Assembly (NCBI GenBank): GCA_002269645.1
Contig: NIVC01002275.1
Coordinates: 1 to 64,000 of the forward strand
DNA length: 64,000 nt
Origin: Macrostomum lignano
Lineage: Eukaryota
Reading direction: 5' to 3'
Shown piece after piece: positions 52,959 to 64,000 of this stretch. Position 1 is the first letter of the stretch, and every line of letters starts with the position of its first letter. A program made the translations under genes and the position numbers. Under the pieces are notes generated by a model. It had not been told where the DNA came from and ran no database searches. It saw only the letters and a program-made list of their open reading frames with translations.

Positions 52959-55900
52959 TCAATGAGAGATCTCTGGCACCGGATTTTCGTACAGAGGATC
53001 AAAATGAAGCAGGAGAAAAGCTACAGCGCCAATCAGAGCCAGGGCTAGAATGCAGTTGAGCAGAGACGGACGAAACCGACTGGGAGCTGCGGCGGCTCCT
53101 GGGGCCGGACGAGCGCCAGACGGCGAGCCCACCTTACCATAGTAACCAGTTCCGGCGTCATTCTCGTGCAACGGGCGTCGGCGATAGGTTTCGCGGAAAA
53201 CTGAACCGCCACCGCTGCCGAAGCTGCCATCGTCGGCTGGTGAAGCTCCGGGACGTTGCGGAGTGGAATCGAACCTGCGACCTGCTGGGCTGGATGCGGC
53301 AGCGGCGGCTGCGCCTGCGGCGGAGAACATCGAAGCGTCGCGAGTGTCCGGACTGCGAATTAACAATGGGAAAGACTTGTTGGGCGAATTTACACTGACA
53401 AGTACTTGTTAGCTACAGTACACTGACAAAGATTTGTTTGTAAATGTACATAGAAAAAGTCTGAATTGCCCAACGTACACTGACAAAGACACAATGACCC
53501 AATGTACAAAGACTCAATGGCCCAATGTACACTGACAAAGACTCAATGGCCCAATATACACTAACAAAGACTCAATGGCCCAATGTACACTGAAAAAGAC
53601 TCAATGGCCCAATGTACACTGACTAAGACTCAATGGCCCAATATACACTGACAAAGACTCAATGGCCAAATGTACACTGAAAAAGACTCAATGCCTCAAT
53701 GTACACTGACAAAGCCTCAATGGCCCAATATACACTAACAAAGACTCAATGGCCCAATGTACACTGAAAAAGAATCAATGGCCCAATGTACACTGAAAAA
53801 GACTCAATGGCCCAATATACACTGACAAAGACTCAATGGCCCAATGTACACTGACATACTCAATAGTCCAATGTACACAAACAGAAAAAGTTATATCTTT
53901 AAATACTTGTTAAGAATCTCAAAAAGTTACCTGTTGTAAACTCAAACAAATAGCCAAAACTGAAAATGTTCATAAATAACATTTTTATTCCAGCACCGAA
54001 AAAACTTATACATAATAATACAATCGCTGATAACCATTATCAACAGAATTTTCCTACCAAATAGCTATAGTGACAGGAACACAGCAGTCACAAACAGTGA
54101 TGTTGATCGACAAGTCGTACTTTAAATTAGATGGCCTGTGTGGTAATTCAATCAGATTCTTTACGTTTTTACTGATAATTAAGATGAGAAAAGTGCGAAA
54201 TATTCTACTCAAAGACACCAACCAATTTCCTATATATTATGAGTTTCACACATCGCAAGTAGTAAAGTTGAGTTCAATAAAACAAACGATTTATTACCTT
54301 ACTGGCTGTCTTCTGGCGCCGTCTCCGTCACTGACATCGCTTTCGCTAAAAATACAATAAGTATTATTTATATTTACAACTCTCCATAATAGATCAATAA
54401 TGGAATTAAAATCCATAGGATATACAATAAATTAAGCTTTTGGACTCAGACAAATGCCTCATTAAGATCACTTTAAAAAGGCACAGGTTATGCCTGTATC
54501 AGTTCGTCATCTAAATTGTCATCATTGTAGTTTAGGCTATTATTATCAAACATAAAAAAATCGCGACACTCGCTATCAGACAAATGCCTCTTTGAATTTC
54601 ATAACTGGCACAAACTGATTATTTGCACCTGTCAATCTCGTCATCTATTCTGTCATCATTAGCGAGTTGATAAAAACTGACTAAACTCATAAACACTATG
54701 CAATAGGGTCTTGTTCTCAGACAAATGCCTCATTAAGATCACAGAGCAGACACTGATTATTTATGTCTGTCAGTTCGTCATCTAAATTGTCATCACTGCT
54801 AACACAATGACCCAAAGTACTCTATGTACTTGATAAGCTCATAAATAATATAAATCTAAGATATATACTCAGGACTCAGGGCTCAGACAAATGCCTCATT
54901 AAATTTCACTAATTGGCACAAACTACTCGAGTTTGCACCTGTCAATCTCGTCATCTATTGTCATCACAGCGAGTCCGCACAGTCACTAACAATGTGCATT
55001 GAGCAATAAAGCTATCTGTAAGCCGGAATTAACATCCACCAGCAGCCAGGACGCTCTGAAGTCAGCGACAGCTGCAGCGGTGTGCTGTTGCCAGCTGGGT
55101 TGCTCTGGCACCAGTATTAAACTTGACCGGGCTTGACAACTAACTGCATGGCAACTAGCACCCATTGGTCAAGGGATCAAATCTGGTGCCGTGTGCTCAT
55201 TTAATTGCATGGCAACTAGCACCCATTGGTCAAGGGATCAAATCTGGTGCCGTGTGCTTATCTGATTGCATGGCAACTAGCACCCATTGGTCAAGGGATC
55301 AAATCTGGTGCCGTGTGCTTATCTGATTGCATGGCAACTAGCACCCATTGGTCAAGGGATCAAATCTGGTGCCGTGTTTATCTGATTGCATGGCAACTAG
55401 CACCCATTGGTCAAGGGATCAAATCTGGTGCCGTGTGCTCATTTAATTGCATGGCAACTAGCACCCATTGGTCAAGGGATCAAATCTGGTGCCGTGTGCT
55501 TATCTGATTGCATGGCAACTAGCACCCATTGGTCAAGGGATCAAATCTGGTGCCGTGTGCTTATCTGATTGCATGGCAACTAGCACCCATTGGTCAAGGG
55601 ATCAAATCTGGTGCCGTGTTTATCTGATTGCAGGGCAACTAGCACCCATTGGTCAAGGGATCAAATCTGGTGCCGTGTGCTTATCTGATTGCATGGCAAC
55701 TAGCACCCATTGGTCAAGGGATCAAATCTGGTGCCGTGTTTATCTGATTGCATGGCAACTAGCACCCATTGGTCAAGGGATCAAATCTGAGTGATTATCC
55801 AGCATATTAAGCTGCATGGCAACTAAGCGGACTAAGACTAGGACTAAGACTTAATTTATGGATAAAGACAACCTTACTATAATTACTAGTTTAAATTCTG

Positions 55901-56243
55901 TCTCAAAATCAGACAAATGCCTTATAAAAATTCACATTAAAAAGCATAGATTTATTTGCTATGCCAATCATACTCGTCATCTATTTTGTCATCATTTTTG
56001 AGAGCAGATTTTTTGCACAAAAAGAATCAAATCCTTGATTTGTAAATAAAAGAACACTTACCTATCTTCAGCTTGGTCGGTGCTGCACACAGACACAAAC
56101 TGTTGTCCAGAGCGCAGTCTATATAATTTACGACGCATCAAGTGCCTAGTAGTGTCAGTAACTGGGGGCACATTTGCGTCGCCCATGTGTACAGCAAGGT
56201 CATCGCGTAGTTCCGCATCAGTTAGTTGATTAATTTCGTCCAT
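52959..56243 (-). CDS. LEM-domain inner nuclear membrane protein (emerin/LAP2beta-like), 207 aa
   Basis: Exons 56243-56062, 54345-54298, 53352-52959 (phase 2/2). N-terminal LEM motif (INQLTDAELRDDL...PPVTDTTRHLMRRKLYRL), low-complexity linker, C-terminal TM (CILALALIGAVAFLLLHF) and a short lumenal tail. Confidence 0.85.
53390..53880. repeat. Minisatellite, 30-nt unit
   Basis: CAATGTACACTGACAAAGACTCAATGGCCC variants. Confidence 0.9.
54446..54525 (-). ncRNA. SNORD15: Box C/D snoRNA, U15-like (subfamily A)
   Basis: ATGATGA...TTAGATGACGA-A-CTGA...ATGAGGCATTTG-T-CTGA. The internal region has diverged from the 49146/54717 copies, but boxes and guides are conserved. Confidence 0.85.
54576..54659 (-). 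ncRNA. SNORD15: Box C/D snoRNA, U15-like (subfamily B)
   Basis: ATGATGA...TAGATGACGAG-A-TTGA...GAGGCATTTG-T-CTGA; perfect 8-bp terminal stem ACTCGCTA/TAGCGAGT. Confidence 0.88.
54717..54796 (-). ncRNA. SNORD15: Box C/D snoRNA, U15-like (subfamily A)
   Basis: GTGATGA...TTAGATGACGA-A-CTGA...ATGAGGCATTTG-T-CTGA. Confidence 0.85.
54883..54967 (-). ncRNA. SNORD15: Box C/D snoRNA, U15-like (subfamily B)
   Basis: Appears identical to the 49308-49392 copy. Confidence 0.85.
55145..55790. repeat. 58-60-nt minisatellite (copy 2 of duplicated cassette)
   Basis: Same unit, about 10.5 units. Confidence 0.95.
55909..55995 (-). ncRNA. SNORD15: Box C/D snoRNA, U15-like (divergent)
   Basis: ATGATGA...TAGATGACGAG-T-ATGA...AGGCATTTG-T-CTGA; perfect terminal stem TCTCAAAA/TTTTGAGA. 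Confidence 0.8.
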
Positions 56244-56649
56244 TATTGTTTTTTATTACTTAGTAAATTTTATAGCTGCAATTTTTAGGAAATAACAAAA
56301 ACTGTAGCTGTTGTAAAACATGCAAAACTACTTTTGTAACTGAATAATCATTTTTGAAATGTTATAAGATAAATGTGTTATGTGTTATCCTCTTTTTGTC
56401 TTTACTAGACCAAGACATGACCAGAATCAGACAAAATTTACCAACCAGGTAACTAAAATGCTTGGTTTGTGCTAGATGATAGCATTACTATTCACACTTC
56501 TTTTTTAACTCACTAGTTTCTTAGTGATGCTTTAAGTGCTAATAGAGTAATTAGTAGGTTTTATACCATTAGCAGGGGTGTCAAAAATGAAGGTTGCACG
56601 TTTGACTTTAACCAGTTTTTTAAAGTTAAAAACCTAATTTTTGGTTTTA

Positions 56650-58400
56650 AACTGGACTTACAGCTTTGTAATCTAAAATATACTGCTCTGACCTTTGAGA
56701 CAAAGTGCTGCCTTTGTCTGACTGCCTCACTGTAATCTCTGATTAGATTCAAGAGTAAAAACTAAACTTACATCAGAGATGAACACAAGCCTATGCTTAG
56801 AGAGGCAATTGAAGGAACAAACCCCAAAACTGTTGCATATCACAAGAGGGTCAAGTTTCTGTCCAAGTGGAGCTTTTGGACACAATATTATCAAGGCTAC
56901 TTATGTTGCGTCATTACTCATTATTGTCTAAAAAATAGTCAGTTTTTTTAGAAAATACACTATAAGGATTTACCTAACTTTTCATTGATTCAACTGCATA
57001 CCACAGTGTATTTTTTACTATTGACTTTGTGTAGTTAAAAAGATTCATGGTAATTACAATCACAAAATAGCTTCTTGATGATACAAAAGAAGAGGCTAAC
57101 CTACCTCGAATAAAATACTATCTGATAAAAGCTATAGGCAAAGTAGTCATAGCCTAGAACATCTAGAAATATCATTTAGATCTTTGGAATTCTAAATAAT
57201 ATTATCAAGGTTTTATTCTTAGTCTTTAGGTAGACAAGAAACATTATAGCATCTATAATTAAGCTTCAAATGTTTACAACAGAATTACATTACTAATTTT
57301 AGTTGCCCCAAATAAAACAAGCATTTAGCCTGCCTACAGACTGTGCACTTATTTGATACAAGTTAGAAAGTAAATAAATGTAGCATGCTTTTGTTCTTGC
57401 TAGTGATTATCAATGGCAATGGCCCTAGCCAAGTTGTTGCAATTATTCTTATTGCTAACAAAGAGATAAAGATAGTTCAGAACATAATAAATTCTTTTAA
57501 GTAGCATTTTGACTTGTGAAAAAAGTTTCAATAGGGAACTATCAGTTGTTGCAGTCCTTTAAGAGTGTGTTATACAAGCCACTGTTAAACATTTCATATT
57601 TTATTCCTTTTTTCAACTTTTAACTGCAAGGTTGCAAAGGCCAAAAAAAATTTACTACTTAAAAATATCTATGAAGTATCAATCCAATCAAGTATAAGAT
57701 GCTTTAGGCCCAGCTAATGTAGCTTAATATACTAGAAGTAATGGGCTACTTTTTGCTAAACTAGAATTTTTGCAAAGAACAATGGGTAAAATGCAATGGC
57801 AATTCTTTAAATCTAATAGCTATTGGAACATAAATTTTTAATAGGTGAAAACAATCATAGGCAAAAATTTAAGATAAGAAAGTTCTTTGCTAAATTTATT
57901 TTGCTATTTTTAGACTTAAAATAGATGCTTGACATTGATATATCAACTTTTAAGACTATAATATTCTAAATTTAGGAATATCCAAATATTAGTACAAGCA
58001 TATTCTAAATTTGCTTTATATGATGAAATGCTAATTTATTGCCAATGGACTCAAGCCTATTGGCTAGAAAACTATTCATAGAATATGAATTAAATTTACT
58101 TTTTGTTGCCTTTTTTTAACTACTAAGCATCAAACAAAGAGGCAAGCAACCATAATAGAGACACTAAAGTTTAAAAACTTTAAATAGTTTTTCTTGCAAC
58201 TTTTATAATAGACTAAGTAGACTATAAAAAGGCTTTTGATAGTCCCAACAAACCAACAATCCATATTGTAGCAAAAATCTAAACCACACCAGATGCTCTT
58301 CTTTCCCCTGCTAGACCATGCCAGACTATGCTTACATTGCTACTTGCTAGAGGCCAATCTATACAAGACACTATCTGCAATAATGGCCATTGGTTGCAAT
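56650..58400 (+). mobile_element. Fossil MULE/Mutator (SWIM-type) transposase fragment
   Basis: YKL...MLLFLLVIINGNGPSQVVAIILIANKE (about 57357-57480) resembles the MULE DDE first-Asp region, with D changed to N. A disrupted LPCRH-like SWIM remnant lies near 58300. Many stops; almost no CpG. Confidence 0.45.
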
Positions 58401-58849
58401 AAGTCCAACAATGTAATATAAAATAGCTATCAAGGAAGTCTAAGGCAAGACAAAACAATACAAAATATATACATAAACATGCTAATGCATACTTTCCATT
58501 GAAAACATAGAAAACTAATATACAAGATAAATCTAAACCTATAGCAATAAATAACTAAAGGAGTTCTCAAAGGCAATTTTATATCTAGACAAGCTGTTGA
58601 AACCTGCGGATTTTGAACCTGGGGAATTCCAATCCCGGAACTATTTTTCCATGTATTCTGAAATCTGAGGCCATACTCAAACAAAAACTTGTTAATAGTT
58701 AGTAGGATAGAGATAGACATCAAATGTAGTACATTCGTGTAAAATTAGAATTTGAGGCAAACATTGATCTTGTTGGCTGGGGTGCTTTTTAGGCAGTTAA
58801 TGTCTGTCTGACTCTAAATCATGTATTGGCAAACTCTGGCCTCTGCCTC

Positions 58850-60015
58850 TGACTCTCCCTACGTCCCTTGGATCCTTTGAAACTTCTATCTTCTCTTCTG
58901 TTTCCTCTCTTCTCTCTCGTCTCTCCTCTCTGCTCTCTCTCCTCTCCTCTCTTCTCTTTTTCCTCTTTCCTCTCTCCCCTCTTCTCTCGTATCTTCCCTC
59001 ATTTCTCTTCTTTTTCATCTCTCTTATCTCATCTCTTTTCTTTTCTTTTCCCTTTCCTCTCCTCCCACTCTTCTCTCGTCTTTTTCTTCACCTATCTTCT
59101 CTCGCGTCTTTATTTGCTCTCTGATCTCTCCTTTCTCTTCTCTCTCTCTCTTCTCTTTTATCTCTTTTCATTTCTCTCTGCTTCCCTCCTCTCTATCTGC
59201 TTCCCCCCTCTCTCTCTGCTTCCCCCCTCTCTCTCTGCTTTCCCCCTCTCTCTCTGCTTCCCCCCTCTCTCTCTGCTTTCCCCTCTCTCTCTGCTTCCCC
59301 CTCTCTCTCTGCTTCCCCCCTCTCTCTCTCTGCTTCCCCCCTCTCTCTCTCTCTGCTTCCCCCCTCTCTCTGCTTCTCCCCTCTCTCTCTGCTTCTCCCC
59401 TCTCTCTCTCTGCTTCCCCCCTCTCTCTCTGCTTCTCCCCTTTCTCTCTCTGCTTCCCCCCTCTCTCTCTGCTTCCCCCTCTCTCTCTGCTTTCCCCCTC
59501 TCTCTCTGCTCCCCCTCTCTCTCTGCTTCTCCCTTCTCTCTCTGCTTCTCCCCCCTCTCTCTCTGCTTTCCCCCTCTCTCTCTGCTCCCCCCCTCTCTCT
59601 CTGCTTCTCCCCTCTCTCTCTGCTTCTCCCCTCTCTCTCTCTGCTTCTCCCCTCTCTCTCTCTGCTTCCCCCCTCTCTCTCTGCTTCTCCCCTCTCTCTC
59701 TCTGCTTCCCCCCTCTCTCTCTGCTTCTCCCCTTTCTCTCTCTGCTTCCCCCCTCTCTCTCTGCTTCCCCCTCTCTCTCTGCTTTCCCCCTCTCTCTCTG
59801 CTCCCCCTCTCTCTCTGCTTCTCCCCTCTCTCTCTGCTTCTCCCCCTCTCTCTCTGCTTTCCCCCTCTCTCTCTGCTCCCCCCTCTCTCTCTGCTTCTCC
59901 CCTCTCTCTCTGCTTCTCCCCTCTCTCTCTCTGCTTCTCCCCTCTCTCTCTGCTTCTCCCCTCTCTCTCTCTGCTTCCCCCCTCTCTCTCTGCTTCTCCC
60001 CTTTCTCTCTCTGCT
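58850..60015. repeat. CT-rich low-complexity/minisatellite tract (CTCTCTCTGCTTCCCC)
   Basis: Direct observation. Confidence 0.95.
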
Positions 60016-60299
60016 AAAAATAAAGTTATTCCAAAACACTGTACATTTGCTATGTACATTCAGTCCTATCGCCTGACCCTTCGTCTGGCTCTGGGGGAAT
60101 GAGTGAGTGAGTGGCAAAAACAACAGAAAAAGCAGACAAACTTCACACGCTTACAGTTTCTTTTTTGAATGAGTTACAGAGTTGAGACTTTACATTTAGA
60201 TAGAGAATGAGTCAATGAAGAATTGTGTCAAGTTTAAAGTCAATCGCTTTACGTGGAGCAAACTTATGGCAGCTGAAAGTTAGTTAATTTTGATTTGAA

Positions 60300-60775
60300 A
60301 CCCCTTTTACACATCTGGGCGCAGATCGGGAAAGAGAGGCAGGCGGGCGGAGGTTGGGGTGGTTGCTCGCTGAAAAAAACAGCCTAACTTTAAAAGTGCA
60401 CAGCACCGCTCAGGATCAACTTTAAGACTCGAAATTTTACATGATTGTGCCAAAATAGTTTAAGATTGTCTGTGTCAAATTTGAAAAGAATCGGTAGAAG
60501 TGGAGCGGCGCTATGGAGGATTTAGTGAAAAAAATTGCGCATTTTGAGCAGTTTTTTGTACTTTTAGGTAGGAAGACTTGAGTCTAGGAAATTTTAAGGT
60601 AGCCTAAGACACTCTCCGTAGTAAGTTTAGGGTGGGTGTAAAGTTTGGTGTCATTTGGTTGAGCGGTTTGGGAGTCCATAGCGATCAAAATTGTCCACAC
60701 ACAGACAGACACACACACAGACACACACACAGAGTTTTGATTTTTATAGTTAGAGAGATTGGAATGTTTATATAG
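60300..60775. mobile_element. Non-autonomous Helentron/DINE-1(Lep1)-like element fragment
   Basis: AAAGTTTGGTG...TTGAGCGGTTTGGGAG...(CAGA/CA) microsatellite...TTTTATAG...GATT layout is typical of HINE/Lep1-like ends. Recognised by pattern only. Confidence 0.35.
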
Positions 60776-60917
60776 CAATTGTGCAATAGAAAGTTGTGTA
60801 CAATTTTTCTGCATTATTTTTTACCTAAAAGTTTTGGCACTATAATTTTATAAGCATGTTTTTTATAAAAAGCTTTACAAAATACTTAAAAGAAATATTA
60901 TAATTCTTTTCTTAAAG

Positions 60918-61120
60918 CAGGGGTCAGCAACATCTAGTCCCAGGGCCAGATCCAGCCTCCAAGGCCTTCAATGCCTTTTACTCCACTTTTTCTCTTTCTC
61001 ATTCTTACTTTTTTCATCTTATTTAAAAGTCTAGAAACAAACAAAAAGACAGACATAATATAATGCAACTAAGGTTTTTTATTTCTTTATATTATTGGCC
61101 CCTGAGCCCTTAAAAAGTGC
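60918..61120 (+). mobile_element. hAT (Buster-like) transposon left end, CpG-decayed
   Basis: CAGGGGTCAGCAAC...GGGCCAGATCCAGCC resembles the hAT TIR and subterminal repeats (CAGGGGTCGGCAAC...GGGCCAGATCCGGCC). The preceding 8 bp TCTTAAAG fit an nnnTAnnn target site. No right end was found. Confidence 0.45.
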
Positions 61121-63688
61121 AATATGCAATATTTTCAAATGGAATCATATAACATAGGCCTATAAACATTTTAGAGTTATATGAGTACAAGTTTGACAAA
61201 AATATGAGTTCAAGTATAAAACTTTTGTTAGCCCACACAGAAAAGTATAGGACCATAGTCAGCATCATGGCACACCTGTACCAGAACAAATCCTATCAAA
61301 AAGTTAATTATGCTATGCACTGGAACTAGTCTTATCAAATAAATTTGCTTGCACCATGTGCTAAAACATTTTTGGTAAATAAAAACATAGGAACATAAAA
61401 ATTACTAGTTTCTAATTAAAAAAAACTAGTTAAACTTGTATTTGATTTTGTTTTATAGGAAATACAATGCAAACATATTTTAATTAAAAAGCTATCAATA
61501 TACTGGCAAAAAAGTGCTAGTTTTCTATCTGCAAAACTATTAACTTGCTGAAAGTTTTTGTCTTATGCCAAATTGCACTGATTTTATTGTCTTGTGCTAT
61601 ACTATGTTGGATTCCCCCTCCCCTCCTAGCCTGTTGTTATGCTAGAATATGCCAATACAGTACATATTCAACATTCATTTGTGCTAAACTTTTCTATGAA
61701 AAGGCTATCTTTCTGACTATAGGTCTAGGATTAAATTCCATCTTGGTCCTATATCAATACTATATAGTACTCTTTGAAATCTATATCAATGACATAGTAG
61801 AATATTTAGAATTATCATATAGAAACCTTTTTATCAAACTATCTTATCCCTATATATTACTTCTTGTAGACAATCAAGCAATTTAAGCCAAAACAAGTAA
61901 TATACAAAAAACCATAGTATGTTGACCAAAGCTTTGGCACCTATGTCTCAACAATTAAACTTCTTTTTTATTGGAAGATGATTCTCTACATTTTCTGAAC
62001 TAACAGCAGTGATTGCTATTCTTGGTAGATCTTGCTTTATGCAATTAAAGATAGAAGAATCACAAACTATTTAAATAAGATAGCCACATAGACCAAATAT
62101 TGAGATCAAACCCAATCTAAAGTACTACAAGTGTATATTTGCCATCATAGTAAAATATAAATTTCTTCTTTTGAAAGAAAGTGTCCAAAGCAAAAGTATT
62201 CTCATATTCTTGTAGCATTTTCATTTTGCTCAAATCATGAATTTTAGACCTAGCACTATTATTATTATCACAAGAACTTTGATTGTTGCAACATTATTGA
62301 CTAAGTCATATATTATACATATGCACTACTGGCTGTTTTCAAGCAATGTATGTATAAATTCAATGAGTATAATTATATACTGTATTATAAATGTATACAA
62401 GCTAGACAAAGATAGCTATTAAAGTTTGTTACTTTTGTTTGTTTAATTGTCAGCTATTGTCAGCCAGCTATCTAGACCTAGCTAGACAATATAAATAGGA
62501 GTTACTTTTTAAAGTTACTTGAAAGTTACTTCTTTAAATGTAAAATCAGTATCTTGATATTGTACAAAACTATGGGACTTGCATTCTCATAAACAATATC
62601 ATTCCAGACATTTCAGTGCATTCATGGACTATTGGTCTCATGTTATCAATTGCCTAATCTATAATAACAGTTGATGAAAACTGACAACTAAGGGCAGAAC
62701 TCAAATGGCTCTACAACGGTAGCTCCAAGTCGCCAGTATTCCACACTAGCACAAACCTGTGAATATATTGTGTAGTCATTGCATATGATGTGCTTCTGCC
62801 AACATAGGTCATGCAAACCTCTTGGCTCTTCATGCAGCAAGTCATCCTAACTAAGCAGCAGGAGCCTGCATATGACTTGCAGGTCTTTAATAGCTCAGAG
62901 ACTATGGGGCCAGATAGTCTGCACTAGATTGCACAGCCTGCAGTGGGCACATTACATGACTTGTAGGTCTTTGATGGCTTGGAAACTATAGGGCCAGATA
63001 GTCTACAATAATGGTTTGTTCTGGAGGTTGCATCAACTGAGCATCTATCTCAGGTGTTTCTTAGACATTCTATAATGGTCTTAGAATCTAAATACTGTTG
63101 TTTTATTCTAGACTACAACTACCTGCCCAAACTCACCCCTGCCTTTGGTGTCCACACTGTGCATAAACAGGCTAATAGACTGCAGCTAGACACTCACTGC
63201 TGCATCCAATGTGAGGGCTGGTATGCTGGTCTGTCTCTAAAAATGCAACATAAGCTGCAGGCAAATTGGTTACATTGTTCAAACCAGCCAAAACCCATAT
63301 ATGACCCCCAACTTCTTCAAAATTGCCATGCCTGACACACCTAAGACACCATGAGAGGTGATAAAAGTTGGCTGGTATTGGCGCATGCCACTAAAGTGTA
63401 CCATAGGCCAATAGGATTTGATTTGATTTGATTTAAGTTTATTTATTTGACTTGAATCACATCAGTTAAGGTTATGTGCCATTTCTCTGATCAAGAGGCT
63501 CTAGTGTATATTTGTATACAATATTGGGCAACAAAAATCAGGACCCTGCAGCTGGGTCTAATATGATGCTATGCAAAGCAGAAACCATGCAGTGTTACTT
63601 TATAGTTAAATATACAAAAACATCATGCTGAGTAGGATGGAAACTAGACTGCTCTAGCACAAGCTTGGGCACAACCTAGGGATTTACC

Positions 63689-63804
63689 TGGCCATTTCTA
63701 TTGGCAACACATACACATAAGTTGCTATTGGACAGAATAGTTGTCATGTGACTGCTCTCAGCCTATAGCAACTTACATGTGTGTGTTGCCAATAGAAATG
63801 GCCA
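63689..63804. repeat. 40-bp inverted repeat with 36-nt loop (MITE-like hairpin)
   Basis: Arms at 63689-63728 and 63765-63804 differ only by transitions. Confidence 0.8.
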
Positions 63805-64000
63805 AGTAGTTTCTAAGTTTATGCATGTATGCTCCAGCAGTGCAAAGTTGAGCAGTTGAAGGTGTTGAAACTATAGCAGACTGACAGTGCTACCAATGCA
63901 CTTCTTATACGCACATCACAATGCCTAACTATACAGGATAATGCAGGCCCTTCAACATCTAGGCAAGGTTTATTGGCCTGCAGTCTGCAAAGTCTAGACA

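Noticed and set aside
61545-63335. Small ORFs in the AT-rich terminal region
   Set aside because: No recognisable domain; they lie in CpG-decayed TE-like DNA.

Overview
Eukaryotic, intron-rich animal DNA: GC-rich exons, and introns filled with minisatellites. The style resembles the flatworm Macrostomum, but that is inference only. Five spliced protein genes were reconstructed by hand with phase-consistent junctions. (1) A 5'-truncated LRIG/lambik-type LRR-3xIg-TM receptor (+, <1-15202). (2) An AHCYL1/IRBIT-type S-adenosylhomocysteine hydrolase-like pseudoenzyme (+, 18858-31391), with a GC-AG intron and two candidate 5' exons. (3) LAMTOR3 (-, 32340-34620), with a 1-nt frameshift. (4) A carboxypeptidase D-like M14B type I membrane protein (-, 36294-50703), with one intact and two degenerate catalytic domains. 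(5) An emerin-like LEM-domain/TM protein (-, 52959-56243). The main non-coding discovery is nine U15/SNORD15-like dual-guide box C/D snoRNA copies. They lie in two multi-snoRNA clusters in the first introns of the LEM and CPD genes, linked by a duplicated cassette. One paralog subfamily has a D' register shift predicted to move the methylation target by one nucleotide. The rest of the window is about 30 tandem-repeat arrays, several belonging to dispersed families, and a CpG-depleted fossil transposon region (about 56.3-64 kb). Most long ORFs in the supplied track are repeat translations, not genes.
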